A stretch of 63,224 bases of DNA, the filler included, from Atractiella rhizophila (Eukaryota): assembly GCA_021432655.1 (NCBI GenBank). It is 4 parts of 4 records of this genome, joined end to end, with 100 filler letters (N's around TTAATTAATTAA, not from the genome) between each part and the next. Parts side by side here need not be neighbours in the genome. Positions count along the whole stretch, not along the records: positions 24,609 to 54,127 come from MU271418.1; positions 54,228 to 56,999 come from MU271435.1; positions 57,100 to 63,224 come from MU271436.1; 1 more part is not named here. One strand, written 5' to 3'. Below the pieces are notes generated by a model. It was not told where the DNA came from. It saw only the letters and a program-made list of their open reading frames with translations, and made no database searches. Shown here piece by piece: positions 51,503 through 63,224 of this stretch. Position 1 is the stretch's first letter, and the number at the start of each line of letters is the position of its first letter. The position numbers and the translations under genes are program-made.

Positions 51503-53472
51503 CGCTACAGCTCGCTCCTGCTCCTCTCCCCGTCCCTTCCCTCGGCCCCGCCGCTGCCCTGCGTAGCCTACCTCGGCGCATACGGCTCACAGACGATCTC
51601 CCACGTCTTCCACTCGTCCCCCGAGTGCCTTCGCATCGACCTCGCCTTCGGTTCAGAGCTCAGCAACCAAGCCCAATTCGTGCCAGTCGAGCTGGGCGGA
51701 CAGGATGCTTATGACGTCGTCCATCTCTCCCCCAGGCCCCTGGACGGCGACGTGTTCGACTTGGGTGACGGATGGAACAAGCGTGTGATGAGGGAGATCG
51801 AAGCGTACAAGCACACCCCCCACTCTGTCCGCTTTTATTATTCTTTATTAACGCAGTAACTCACTTGGATTGAGACAGGAAAATGCGAGGATTCTGCACT
51901 CGTCTCATGACACAGTCATCCTCCAACTCCCCTCTTCCGCGCTCGGAGCTCTCTACCAAACCATCGACACCCTCTACACCGCACCCGTCCTCCTCCCCTC
52001 GCCTTCCAGCCAAGCGTCCTCGTTCGTGCCGGTATCCGACCACGACGCCAAACGGGTGCAGGCCTACCTCGACTCCCTCGCCTTCGACCCCAAGATCTCA
52101 AAGGCCCTGCTCGCCTTTCCCTCCACCCAACAGTTCAAGACCTCGCTCGACCACCTCACCGGGGCCACGCATCAGGAGTGGAACTCTCGACACTCGTTCT
52201 CGACCGGAGGCGAGAAAGCCAGCAAATGGATCCAATCCCAAGTTCGTCCCTCCTCCTTTCCCTTTCTCTTTTTCCTTTTCCTAATGTAGGATATTATGAT
52301 GATGTGCAGTTCGAAAAGAACGGCGCACTCTGTCGCCTCCAGAAGTTTAGGAACGGATATAACCCGAACGTGATTTGCTACTACGAAGGCGTGGGTGCGA
52401 CCCCCACCGAGGATGGAGAGCTCGAGGACGCCGGCCTGGTCGTCGTCGGTGCGCATTATGATTCTCGCGGGACCTTTGGAGACTCGAGAGCTCCTGGAGG
52501 AGACGATGATGGGTCCGGTGCGTCTTGCTTTCCCGCCATCCTGCATCCTCACACAACCTGACCTCCTCTCCTCTCCTCTTACAGGAACGTCCATGCTGTT
52601 AGTCTATGGCTCCGAATAATCGTGACCAAGCAGTGCTCATGACTTGACAGGTTGGCAATCTCCCAGGCTATTCATGAACAGCGCATCAAGTTCAAGAAGA
52701 CAGTCATACTCGCCGCCTTTGCGGGAGAAGAGCAAGGGCTCGTAGGAAGTGCTTTCTTTGCGAGCGGATTGAGGAGGGAAGGAGGAGATGTCGCGTTGAT
52801 GATCCAAGGTTCGATCTCCCATCCATCCATCCCCCCACTCTCCAACCCCGTCCTGTCCCTCCTCTCCCTCTCACTCCAGGAAAGAACGTGCTCTGATATT
52901 CTTTGGGTGGATGGGGATGTGGTGTAACAGGAGACATGCTCGGCTACCGCAAGCCCGGCGAACCCCTCCAACTCGCCTTCCCAGACCGCTTCGACCTCCC
53001 CGTCGCCAGGGACCTGATCGGCAACATATCCAGCATCTACGTCCCCGAGCTCGCCATCGGCGTCACCGGCGCCTGTTGCTCCGACCATCAGGTTCGTCCG
53101 TTTCTTCCTCCTTCCATCCATTTTTCCACGGATGTGTTCGATATTGAGCGGGCGGACTGATCAGCGGAGGTAGAGCTTTTTCAATCAGGGATTCGCGTCC
53201 ACACAGGTGTTTGAGAGGCGAGGCCCCATCGCTGATCCCATGTACGCCCCCACCCTTCCTTGTCCTTAAGAAGTTGCCCATCTCATGACATGAATGGACG
53301 AAGGTATCACAACTGCGGCGACGTCGTTGACAGAGAGGGATACGACATTGAGCAAATCCGAGCGATCAGCAGGGTCGTTGTAAGTTCTCCCAATTGATGC
53401 AGAGGAAAGGCGATGCTCAGAGGAAAGGGGTAGTTCGCAACGGTGTTGGAAGTCGCGGGGTTCGAGGGCTGA
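51479..53472 (+). CDS. M28 family zinc aminopeptidase (leucyl aminopeptidase-like), multi-exon
   Basis: PNVIC, VVVGAHYDSRG, APGGDDDGSGT, FAGEEQGLVGS, DMLGYR, CCSDHQSF, DPMYHNCGDV. Confidence 0.93.
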
Positions 53473-53697
53473 TTCCTCTACTCTGACTGCATGTTCTCAA
53501 ATGCAAAATGATGGAACAAAGGGTAGAAAAATGTTTATGAATGATGTTATTCACATTATTTGTCGTTATCGACTGACTCTGCAAATGGATGTCGTACTCC
53601 TAACAAAGCTCCATGTCTGGTGTACACTACTGTGCCATGGTGGATCTCATGTTGTAACTTGTAAAAGCAAATCCGTAATCCAAATCCGACAGAAGAA

Positions 53698-54127
53698 TCA
53701 GTCGTCGTCCCCACTGCTCGCATACTCCTGCCACTTTTTCAACTTTTCGTCCTCAATTCGATGGATCGTCCAATCATCCTGAACCGACTGAGGTAGTTGT
53801 GAAAGATCAGACGGGGTGTGCAAGGATTCTTCCGAGTCCCAGTCCAATAGTAGATCAGCACGGTCAGATAGCGCATTCGACACTTTGGCAAGTTCATTGG
53901 AAGGCGGACGGCCGGGAGAGGGGGAAGACTGCGCTTGAGTAGGAGGAGACGGAGAACGCTGGGTGTTAGAGACTCCTCGAGTCTGAAGAGCATGCGGGGG
54001 ATGAGATGAAGGACGTTCTCGTGACAGTAAAATGGGCGGAGGCTGAGGTTTCGCCCACGGGAGACTCACTTGCTTCAGCCTCGTCTTCTCCTTCTCGTTT
54101 AGGCTCCTGACTCGCTCCTTCTCTCTT
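53698..54127 (-). CDS. 3' fragment of a hypothetical gene truncated by the linker
   Basis: Open frame runs from the N linker to ...KLKKWQEYASSGDDD*. Confidence 0.5.
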
Positions 54128-54227
54128 NNNNNNNNNNNNNNNNNNNNNNNNNNNNNNNNNNNNNNNNNNNNTTAATTAATTAANNNNNNNNNNNNNNNNN
54201 NNNNNNNNNNNNNNNNNNNNNNNNNNN
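54128..54227. other. Artificial contig linker
   Basis: 44 N + TTAATTAATTAA + 44 N. Confidence 0.98.
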
Positions 54228-54467
54228 AGCTCTTGGTTCTGCTCTCAGTTCAAAACGGAAAGAAGAGAACTTGATTTGGAAAGTGTGGGCATTCAGAGCA
54301 TCCAGTACAGTGACTGTGAAGAAGCAGCTCGACGCATAAATGTGCCCTGTTCAATAGCATGAACTATGGCGACAGGGTTTTAGGGAAGGGAAGAGTAAGT
54401 AGTTACACAAGCAATGAATCTCGAAGATGTACAAGTCAAGGAGATGGAAAGCTCACGAAGGGGATAC

Positions 54468-55780
54468 TCATCCGTCAAGAACATAGTTCATCCCATCCCC
54501 GTCACCCAACATGCTTCCCAGTTTCTCATTAACAACTTCTTTACTGCTCTTGAGCTCGCCGATTATCCCTTCTGTCACGTCGCCTTTCAGCTTCTGAAAT
54601 TCCTCAAGGTAAGCGACCAGTGGTCCTAGCTGGTCCAGTAAGGCTGATGTGATGAAGAGTCAAATTCAAACTGTGTAGTGATGTGACGGTAGGATGACGC
54701 ACCTTTCTTCTCCACTTTCACACTCTTCGTCGGCTTGATGCCCTCCAATTCCTCCTTGAGTTTTTCAAGAGGTTTGACTTTCATCTCCAGAACCCTCTTG
54801 AGCTCACGCAACTTCCGCTCCTTCTCCTTCGCTTCCTTCAACAATCTCACTTCCTCTTCAAGTTCCTGCATAACATCTACTTCCTCTTCCTTGAAATCCT
54901 CTCCGAACAGAGAAGCTGGAGAGTCATGGGTGGTTGAGGGAATCGGGGGATGGTGCTCTAACCGAAAGTAAGGGAGAAGGTTCAAGTCGAAGCGGAAGCC
55001 ATTTCGAAGCACGTAGATTTCGAATTTGTCGAATTCGGCGTCGACACGAGATTCGATGAGGGTTTCGATGCGACTTAGAGCCTGAATGGAAGATGAAAGA
55101 CCCGTCAGCTCTGCTTACGCAGGAAAGAGCGCAAACTCTGAGAAGTGGCACTATGGCAAGAATCCATTCAACTTCCACCCAAAAAGGATACAAAACGAGC
55201 TTCATAATAATAGATAATTTCCCTCAGCTTCCTTCCGACTAATAATATTGAAAGGCTTCATAGACGTAGGAACATACATCGACTCCGACGACGAGCAGAC
55301 TGGAATCCACTAAGCCCACAAATAAGCGGCGTGATGCATGGCATTTGACTTGCTCGACCAGCTTGAGCGAGGCTGTAGCTGAACAGGAAGGAAGAGAACC
55401 AAACCCAATGCATGAAGGATAACCGCGACGGGATGTCAATTTCTAGCTCCTCTCGCTGGTTCTTTTTAATCAAGGGCAATCAAACTGAATGCCAGTGACA
55501 CGCAGTCCTACGCTACCCGTCCCATTGGCTCATCCACAAGCAGAAAATAACGCACAACCTGAAACTGTTCTTCAGCTTTGCCCCCATATTTCTCCCTCAG
55601 CAACTCCTGAAGCTTTTCGGTCGCATCATACAGGCAAAAGTTGACGGAATCTCCAGCGGAGCGGACGAATTGTTCAGGTGGGAAACCGAAATGGGAGTAA
55701 AGGAGATCGTGATAAATATATTTCAAGGCAGGACTATATGTCACTGGATCTTCGAGGGTCTTCTTAGGCGGCTCAGCCAT
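54468..55780 (-). CDS. MIS12: Kinetochore protein Mis12/Mtw1, 3 exons
   Basis: LLYSHFGFPPEQFV...VNFCLY...|ALSRIETLIESRVDAEFDKFEIYVLRNGF...PYFRLEHH followed by a coiled coil; 474-nt first intron. Confidence 0.82.
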
Positions 55781-56999
55781 GCTGAACTGCTAAGAGGTGA
55801 GAGATAGCTGGATAAGTTCAAGGGTTCGCTGGATTCGACTTGGTTGTTTAGCAAACGTCACGTACGAAGGCACCTCTCCAGCCCTAACCCTATCAGAATT
55901 GATGCTCCCACTCCGAGCAGCAACCAGCAACAGCAACAATGCTTGGACAATTTGACAAAGGATCAAGAGTTACACCAGAAACACATCCCTGACTCATTCC
56001 GAAATCTTCTCTAGAACGAGTACATCGATGCTGGCCTGGAGATCCCCAGTCCAACTTTACCGGACAAGTCACGAATTCAGCGACTTAATCGAAAACAATA
56101 GGGGAGGGGTCTCTATTTCGGGGTTGGTGGGCTGGTTGCACGGGTTGTGCGCCGGAGCTACACGCCTATTAAGCGATGGAGTTCAGGTGAGTGCTACATT
56201 CGTAAGGTCATAGACAAAAGGGTTAGAATGCAATGGAAAATGGAATATCAATGTGTTTTACCAAAATGAACCAGAAACCGCGTGTTTCTTTTGCAGTCCG
56301 TGAGTAGTATAACGATTCGGATGAGGATGATTACATGGTTCTCAGATGTTGCTTAAACAGTGACAGGCGTGATAAACTGCAGAGCCTCTTGCGCAAACGC
56401 TGAGAGGATATTTTACTGTCATCTGCCTACAAACAAAAGGAAGAAGTTTTGGCATCGGCTTCCCTGAGACTTGAGACAACGCCCGACGTTCTAGGCTCAT
56501 GCATCTGCTTTAAGGAGGTCATGAGTCGGTCAAAATGCGATAATGCCCTGTTCCAGGACCTGGAAGGGACGTCCGATCTATATGACCAACAAGCAAACGA
56601 GAAGGTCTTTATCTCGTTCATCTGTCACCTCATCTAGCATTTGCAGTGCTCAAAGTGTTACCTAATTTGAAAAAGAAGCGAGAATTCGGCAAAGCAGCGG
56701 CATGGCGTGGGGGCTTATTTTTTTGGTCCCCAAATTCGCCAGCTCATAAAAGGACAGTCTATCTTTCTAAGAACTCCCAGGCCCCCTTTGATTATTTACT
56801 GTTTTTTACCAGTGGAGGGATTATCAAAACAAAGATGGTTTTAAAGCGAGGAGTTTCTTTCGCAGACACTTTGGTGGATGCCGAAGGCATATCTGCTGTG
56901 TCGAACGAGCATGTTTCATCTAATGATGTGCATGATAGCAAGAAGGAGATACATAATAAATTTATTATGGATGAAGAGAAATCCGCGCCTTCTTCTCCT

Positions 57000-57099
57000 N
57001 NNNNNNNNNNNNNNNNNNNNNNNNNNNNNNNNNNNNNNNNNNNTTAATTAATTAANNNNNNNNNNNNNNNNNNNNNNNNNNNNNNNNNNNNNNNNNNNN
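57000..57099. other. Artificial contig linker
   Basis: 44 N + TTAATTAATTAA + 44 N. Confidence 0.98.
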
Positions 57100-58708
57100 A
57101 CCGAGGGAGGAAGACAACTTGGACTCGATGCGTTGTTTATGGGCTGAGAGGCGGGATCGAATTTCTTGTTCGGAAAGAGAGGCCATATCGTTAGTCGAGA
57201 GGGAAGCTGGTGAGAAAGCAATGTCCTCTTGTAACTGCGTCGCGGAGATGTATTTCGCCTTCGTCGGGCCTAGATACGGCGGTTGGGGGAAGAAAAAGCT
57301 CGTTGCTGATCTCATTTGAAACTATGTCGGCATTGGGAGAGGTCAGAATGAGACGACGTACCCATCCACCAAACGGAGTACCCAACTATCCCTTTCCAAG
57401 ATAGAGCGACGGCAGGAACAACAATGAAGGAAAAAAGGTTGGACAGACGGAGGTTGAAGATGAGGAATTCAAAGAAGGTTTCTATACAGCTTTCAGCACA
57501 AATTTAGGGTAGAAATCATACTAGGGAAGGTACATCGGTGGTGAAGGTAGCTGTAGGACTTCTTGCTACAACCGTTAACCCCTCTTCACATGGGACATGA
57601 TTCTGGAGGAGGCAAAGAGACAAACAAACACGGAATCCAATTATTGGCACCTCCTGTACGTCAACGCCGATACAGATGGCTCTTTAGCTCTCTGTGGTTA
57701 TCCCATACGTATACTTCTAGTTCGCACGTTCGCACTTCGCACTCCTCGCACTTTCGTTCTCTAGCCGTTTTCTCCTTACACGAAGTGGTACGAAGAGAGT
57801 ATCATACTATGAAGGAATGAGAGAACAAGAATTTCCCTTCCCTCAGTGCGGGTCACATGGGTTATCAAGAACGCAGGTACTCGCATAGGCATGGTACAGA
57901 CCTAATGTTGAAATCCGAGGTGACCTCTTCCTTTCATGCATGTTCCGGACATAACGTGTGCTGTCAAAGATTCACCTCCTATCCCCTAAGGATAGGCTTT
58001 ACTTGACTTCGCCGACACAGATAGTCTAGATTGGGCAGAAGAGAGTTTGACTCCAAATTCCATCCAAGGCACAACGGTGCTAAGAATAAGACATTCAAGT
58101 GCCATACCCCAGTTGCACATCTCCGTGGATTGTCTACCATGAAACAAACATTTGCACATTGTGCTAGCTATCGCACAAAGTAGATGGCGCGTTTTGATGA
58201 CGGCGGGATAACTATGCAGACTGGACGGATTGATAACTATGCAGACTGGACGGATTGATAACTATGCAGACTGGACGGATTGAAAACGTCGCAGAAGCAG
58301 AGGCTACACAAAGTGAGAAATCCCTGCCTCCTTGGTTCTAGGGAAGGGCAGGTCCGTATGTATGGAGGTACGTAAACACTCCATGGGCAGCAAAGTCTGC
58401 CAACAACATCGCCGTCCCATCACGCGACTCCCATCGACTCCAAAGCAAAAAAACTCACCTATTTCCATCTGTTTCGCCGTAGCCGACACCAGAAACAGCA
58501 GCACGAGAGGTGAAGCGACGCCTAAGATAGTGTAATACGTCCTTGAGCTCTCGCTGCCACCGGTCGCGTCTGCCTCGTTTGCTGCACTCGGGAAAGGGTA
58601 CCGCGAAAGATACTGCCACAACATAATGGGCAGTGGAAGAACCAGCAGTAGGTTCATTAGGTAGTGAAGGTGAGAAAGTCGCTGAAGGGCATGGGAACTA
58701 CGTGCCAT
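57100..58708 (-). CDS. TMX2-like (thioredoxin-related transmembrane) protein, 3' end truncated by the linker
   Basis: LSHLHYLMNLLL N-terminus, TM segments, FLIFNLRLSNLF, then FFFPQPPYLGPTKAKYIS, typical of the TMX2 juxtamembrane motif; the thioredoxin domain is not within the segment. Confidence 0.65.
58207..58281 (+). repeat. Perfect 25-bp tandem repeat x3 (GATAACTATGCAGACTGGACGGATT), intronic
   Basis: Three exact copies at 58207, 58232 and 58257. Confidence 0.97.
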
Positions 58709-58825
58709 CGTTGCGTTTGGAGGATCGTGTTTGTTTTCGATTATTTGTGGGCTGACTAAGAATTGTTCATACTAACTACGGGAAGGAAGGTAGGGAACGG
58801 ATATTCCTATTCTTCATTGCTTGAT

Positions 58826-60097
58826 TCAAGCAGGCAGCTTGTAGTCTACAGTCTCCACGCCACCATGGTAAGGCATAGCGTCCTTTTCAATTTCCTTCCA
58901 CATCGTCTCCAATCGCTCCACGACAGCTTCTGGTAGTGGCCCTTTTTCCAGCGAATTGACATTATCCCAAACTCTCGCCTCAGAATTGCCTCCAACAATG
59001 ATTGCGTCTCCTTTTTCAGAGCACAAGGAAGAGTGATGAGCCACCCAGCGGAGGCCGACGTCGATCGGATGAAGCGAAGGGTAGTTGGTCTGGAGGAAAC
59101 TGAGGAAGGCGGAGAGCGAATTCATGATCGTTGGCTTCATGTACCACGATCGGGAGATGGCCCCATTGGTACTGGCAGGATCAAACCTGATGACAGGCTT
59201 TGTAAGCTGGAGGAAAGGTGGAGGAGCAGAAGACCCGCCTTCCTTTCTGACTGTCTGCGTCGCGCAGCCATTTTCCAGTGAGGAACCCGCCAGCAGTTGG
59301 ACTAGTAGATTAACGTGAACAAGCTTCAGACTGTGGTACACATGGAACAAACCTGTATGCAGTGAAGGAAATATTATGCTTCCGCAAGGTAGGGAACAGA
59401 CCAGTTTCACATTTCCTAAGGGTTATTAAATCATCAATATAAATCAATCATAGCTTGGTAAATAGCACACTTACCTCGCCAGAGCGTTGTATTGACCTTG
59501 ATAAACCGACACAGGGATCCAGCCTTCCTCTTTGGAAACCTGCATAAACTCCTCTACATCTTCAGCTGTAAAATTCGAAAGGCCAAACTAGACAAGATCA
59601 TCAGCCCATAATTCCGTCATGAGGGGAACAGGATCACGGACCTTTTCGAACTTTCCCTCTCTATAAAGGTCGTCGATGGTCCTCAAAATGTCCCTGATCG
59701 GTGTCGTCTTTCCCGGTTCAGGCCAATGCAAGAACAGCGTCCTAACACTTCCCACTCTCAAGCGTCTCAAACTATCCTCGATCGATTCCCTTAGCAACTT
59801 ATCCGAGTGCGCGTTGGGGCGGAAGCTCATGATCTTCGTGTCCACCTTCCAGCCTTTTTGGGCAGCCTGATACTCCCCAAGGAGCTCTTCGCACGTCCCT
59901 GAGGCTTCCGGAGGGTAGAGCCATGCAGCGTCGATGGATCTGTAACCTTTCGAAGCGGGGTAGGACAGTAGGGATTCGAGGGACGAGACGGTGTGGAAGA
60001 AGGATTCCGGGCCTTGTCCAAATGTGCCACTGCCGATGATGACTTCGAGTGGACATTTTCCACCGGAATTGTTGTCGCTCTGATGTGTATTCGTCAT
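58826..60097 (-). CDS. Aldo-keto reductase, aflatoxin B1 aldehyde reductase (AKR7)-like, multi-exon
   Basis: IIGSGTFG, IDAAWLY, EELLG, VDTKI, SLRRLRV..V..LFLHWP, FGLSNF, VYQGQYNALAR, LRWVAHHSSL, GDAIIVG, LEKGPLPEAVV. Confidence 0.92.
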
Positions 60098-60490
60098 GTT
60101 GACTGTGGAATGATTAGAGCTATGCCCTATCCTTTCAGTCCTCAGCCTTATATGCCATAAAACTTGCTGTTAATTCCCGAGAGCGGAGCTCCTCCTCCCC
60201 TTCTGGAGGCAAGCGGGCATGACGGGAAGATCAAAGTCTGGTTGTGATGCCGCGCGGAACTCTTCGCTCGTAACAGTAACGAGTGATCGGTCGGTGCTGG
60301 GGCAGCGAGCAAAGCTAATGGTTCAAAATACGACGTTCCAAGGTACTGTGTAATGAATACAAGCGAAAATCGAAATCCAAAATGAGGAATCAAGCTTCAA
60401 GCGCCAACGTCCGGACGAAGCAAGCAAAATAAAGAGTGCGATAACGTCAGTTTGCAAAATACAAATTCGGTCCGTTTAGCCTAGGGCAGG

Positions 60491-62914
60491 TCAAAAGAAC
60501 TTCCAACGTCTCGAATTATCTCGCTTGCGCATAGCGAGCCTCGTGGAAGTTGAAGTCTGGTTAGTGGGAAGGGTCAAATTGTTTTGGGGACACGCGGCGC
60601 CGGGTAGATTATCTTCGGTAATGGCGTCACCATCGAATTCCTCCAGCATGGGTTCAGGCAGCCAATCAGGGACGACAGTGGGTGGTCCATTCATGACATA
60701 AGCGTTTCGGACGATGGAGAGCACGCGGTGGCGCATATCCTTCGAAGTTCCAGGGTAGTGAAGGGTGTACCCGTCGTTCTGTTGCAGGTTGTAAAGTCAG
60801 CTCCCGAAAGTCATAATAAGCAAAGGGAGACGAACGTGTTCGACGAAATTGCAGCACTCCGTGTTGCGACCGAAGAAGCTCCAATAAAAGCTGCCGCCAA
60901 GACGACCTTTGTCACTCTCGTGCCTCATATCGTCTAGAAAGTGGCCCAACGTCGACGGTTGGAAAGTATATACGACACCAGCGGCGATGGGAGTCGCGAT
61001 CAGGAAGAAGCCCAAAGATATGTGCCACTTCTTGATGCCAATTCCACGCTTCTTTGCCTGCGTAGGAAGAAGAGGTTCGACTTGCTGCATCGGGGCTGAA
61101 GGGGTAGGTGGAGGGTAAGACGACTTATCGTCGGTTGGGAGAGGTGTCAAATCAGCAGCCGAAGCAAACGGGTCTTCTTCTGACCCCTTCGTGTCATCTC
61201 GTCGAGTGGTCGTGGACGAAATTTTGGTTGCACCAGTTGGCGATTGACGCTTTATAAAAGGTAATCGGAGGTAGAGCGGGAACCAGCGATTTGGTAGGAG
61301 GAGGAAGAGGAGAGCGAGGAGGGCGGGAATGGCGGTTGCGAACCACAACCATTTTTGCCAATATCCTCCTGTCCAGTTATACTCTCCGACGATGTATACC
61401 TTTCCCGCCGCTGCCACGCCGTGCCGTCAGTATACCGTTTACGACGACAACAGAAGCGGACGAGCTCACCTGCCGCCTTAGAGGCATCGTTACGCATATT
61501 ACTGCTGTATGGAGGGTAAAAGTGGTTCGTGACGAAATCAAGTTCTGGAATGTCGAGTTCATAATCCCGTATCCCATAGGACCCAGACATGATGAATTGG
61601 TTCGCGGTTAGGTTGCGAATAAACTGTGCCGTTGATTGCGTCCATTCTTTCGGTGGAGGATAATCGTGTCCATTCCAGCCTCCTAACTCGTTTCCTAATT
61701 CCCAAGCTGTAGAAAGAGTCAGAAGAAAGCTCTTGAAAATGGTGCATTAACGCCCTTAAAAGCAATGCAGAGTGGTGACAGCGGCGACCTCCCAATTTCT
61801 AATATTTAAAAAGAAAACACATAGGTAGTAACTAAATGAATGAGAAAGCAGCACATTATTGATACGTATTCCTTTTTAGGTTTAAGTTTATGTTGAAAAG
61901 ATTCAGCGGGCTCGAATAATTGACCTTCTTCCCGCTTGCAAACAACGAGCATGCGTTTCCTTGTTGGGATGATGATGATTTCCTCCGTCCTCATAGAAAG
62001 AGAGTGAATCGCAGTGCTGCCTTATGAAATTATCTGGGAGAGTAACGTTCGAATCTGACCGCTTTGTGTTCTCTCGTAAGGTATCAGAAAGTCAATGCAC
62101 ACTTGTTGACTTCTTTTCGTGAACGTCCCCTCCCCTCTCGTTTACTCATATATTTACAGAGTTGACGAAGTAAGGACAGCTAGTTAGCTTCTCGTTCAAA
62201 CACACAAAATACGGTTCAATTCTGAATGGTTCGCAGACCATGCCCACCGAAGTACACCCACACTCCTGTAAACAGACACGCACCTAATACAGCCTCTTCA
62301 TCTCCCGCCCTCCGCCCCGTAATAGTACTAACATGTCCAATAACACCCTGCACATAATCCCTCCAATCCTGATTAACCTGACTCCCAACCTGATAAAACG
62401 GGTCATAATTATTCTCATCCAACTGCCTCCACCTCAAAAACGTCTTGATCCCACCATGATAATAATCCCAATGATCCGTCAAAGGAACGATCAACCGAAT
62501 CCCATACCTCCTCGCCGCAAACAGGGCATAATCAAACGTCTCCCACGCCTGCTCATTCGCATTCCACGTCCCCAGACTCGGCATAAGACACCGTCCACAC
62601 CCCACCGACACGCCGAGGGTGGTGCTCCTCACCGCCGTGGCCCCCATCAACGCCAACGTCGCAAAGGCATCGTTCACCCGCTCCCGACTCGGCCAGGTGA
62701 TGGACCCGGGCGGATCGTTCTCGTCTACCCCGAGCCAGTACACGTTGCCGCCGACGGCGCGGAAGGGGGAGCCATTCACGGAGAGCGTGGAGCCGGTGCG
62801 AACGGCGAAGGTGGAGATGGAGGAGCGCAGAGGGGAGGAGACGATGTAGCGCTCGGTGTCGGAGGAGGTGGTGTTCGGGAAGAGGGCGGATGTGGATGCT
62901 GGACAGGTTGACAT
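60491..62914 (-). CDS. GH5 glycoside hydrolase (endo-beta-mannanase-like) with an internal two-TM insertion, 4 or more exons; start uncertain
   Basis: GGNVYWLG, RSTTLGVSVG, DYALFAARRYGIRLIVPLTDHWDYYHGG, AWELGNEL (acid/base), HFY, IVGEYNW (nucleophile), YWSFFG, HNDGYTLHYP. Confidence 0.9.
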
Positions 62915-63224
62915 CGTGGGAGGGGAATAATGAGAGGGTATATTATTCGACGGAGTAGATCCTTGGCTTTCACTTCAGCGAAGTAACTAGAGCAGAACTA
63001 GACCCGATCAATCTTCCCAGGTGTGAGTCAGTTGGACATATTCATTACAGCTAGAAGGAGGTTGCTCCCGCACAAAGGTACATGACACTTCGCAAGTCGC
63101 TACGAGAAGTCGAGAAGTCACTTGTGGGAGGAATTGGTCTAGACAGACGAATGTTATGCGACCCTGAGGGGACACATAGTTACTCGCGCGAACTACAGAG
63201 AAACTAAAGAACCATCCTCAGCAG

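Noticed and set aside
55900..56999. Plus-strand gene divergent from MIS12
   Set aside because: The frames contain stops and no recognisable domain; it cannot be distinguished from a decayed or truncated gene

Overview
Eukaryotic, gene-dense, intron-rich fungal DNA (basidiomycete-like: mostly 40-70 nt GT/GC-AG introns, micro-exons). The window is not one contiguous locus: three artificial 100-nt linkers (44 N + TTAATTAATTAA + 44 N) join four segments (1-24508, 24609-54127, 54228-56999, 57100-63224). Recognisable spliced genes are an ECM4-like omega/xi GST, a YPP1/TTC7-like TPR protein, a 4CL-like acyl-CoA ligase, a ~2000-aa disordered protein, a triple Zn2Cys6 protein, the first exon of cystathionine gamma-synthase, transportin/KAP104, an AIR1-like zinc-knuckle protein, frequenin, glutamine synthetase, a CCDC43-like protein, GTP cyclohydrolase II, a membrane LRR protein, delta-COP, ubiquitin-L40, an M28 aminopeptidase, MIS12, a TMX2-like protein, an AKR7-like reductase and a GH5 mannanase-like enzyme. 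The best leads are: (1) a multi-stem, uORF-laden putative leader intron in the riboflavin gene RIB1, reminiscent of fungal splicing riboswitches; (2) a GH5 barrel with a two-TM hairpin inserted inside it; (3) a protein with three Zn2Cys6 clusters, each split by an intron at the same position; (4) repeated 0.5-0.9 kb introns in genes with otherwise tiny introns. Two tandem duplications look like haplotype misjoins. All gene models were spliced by eye; no database searches or folding programs were run.
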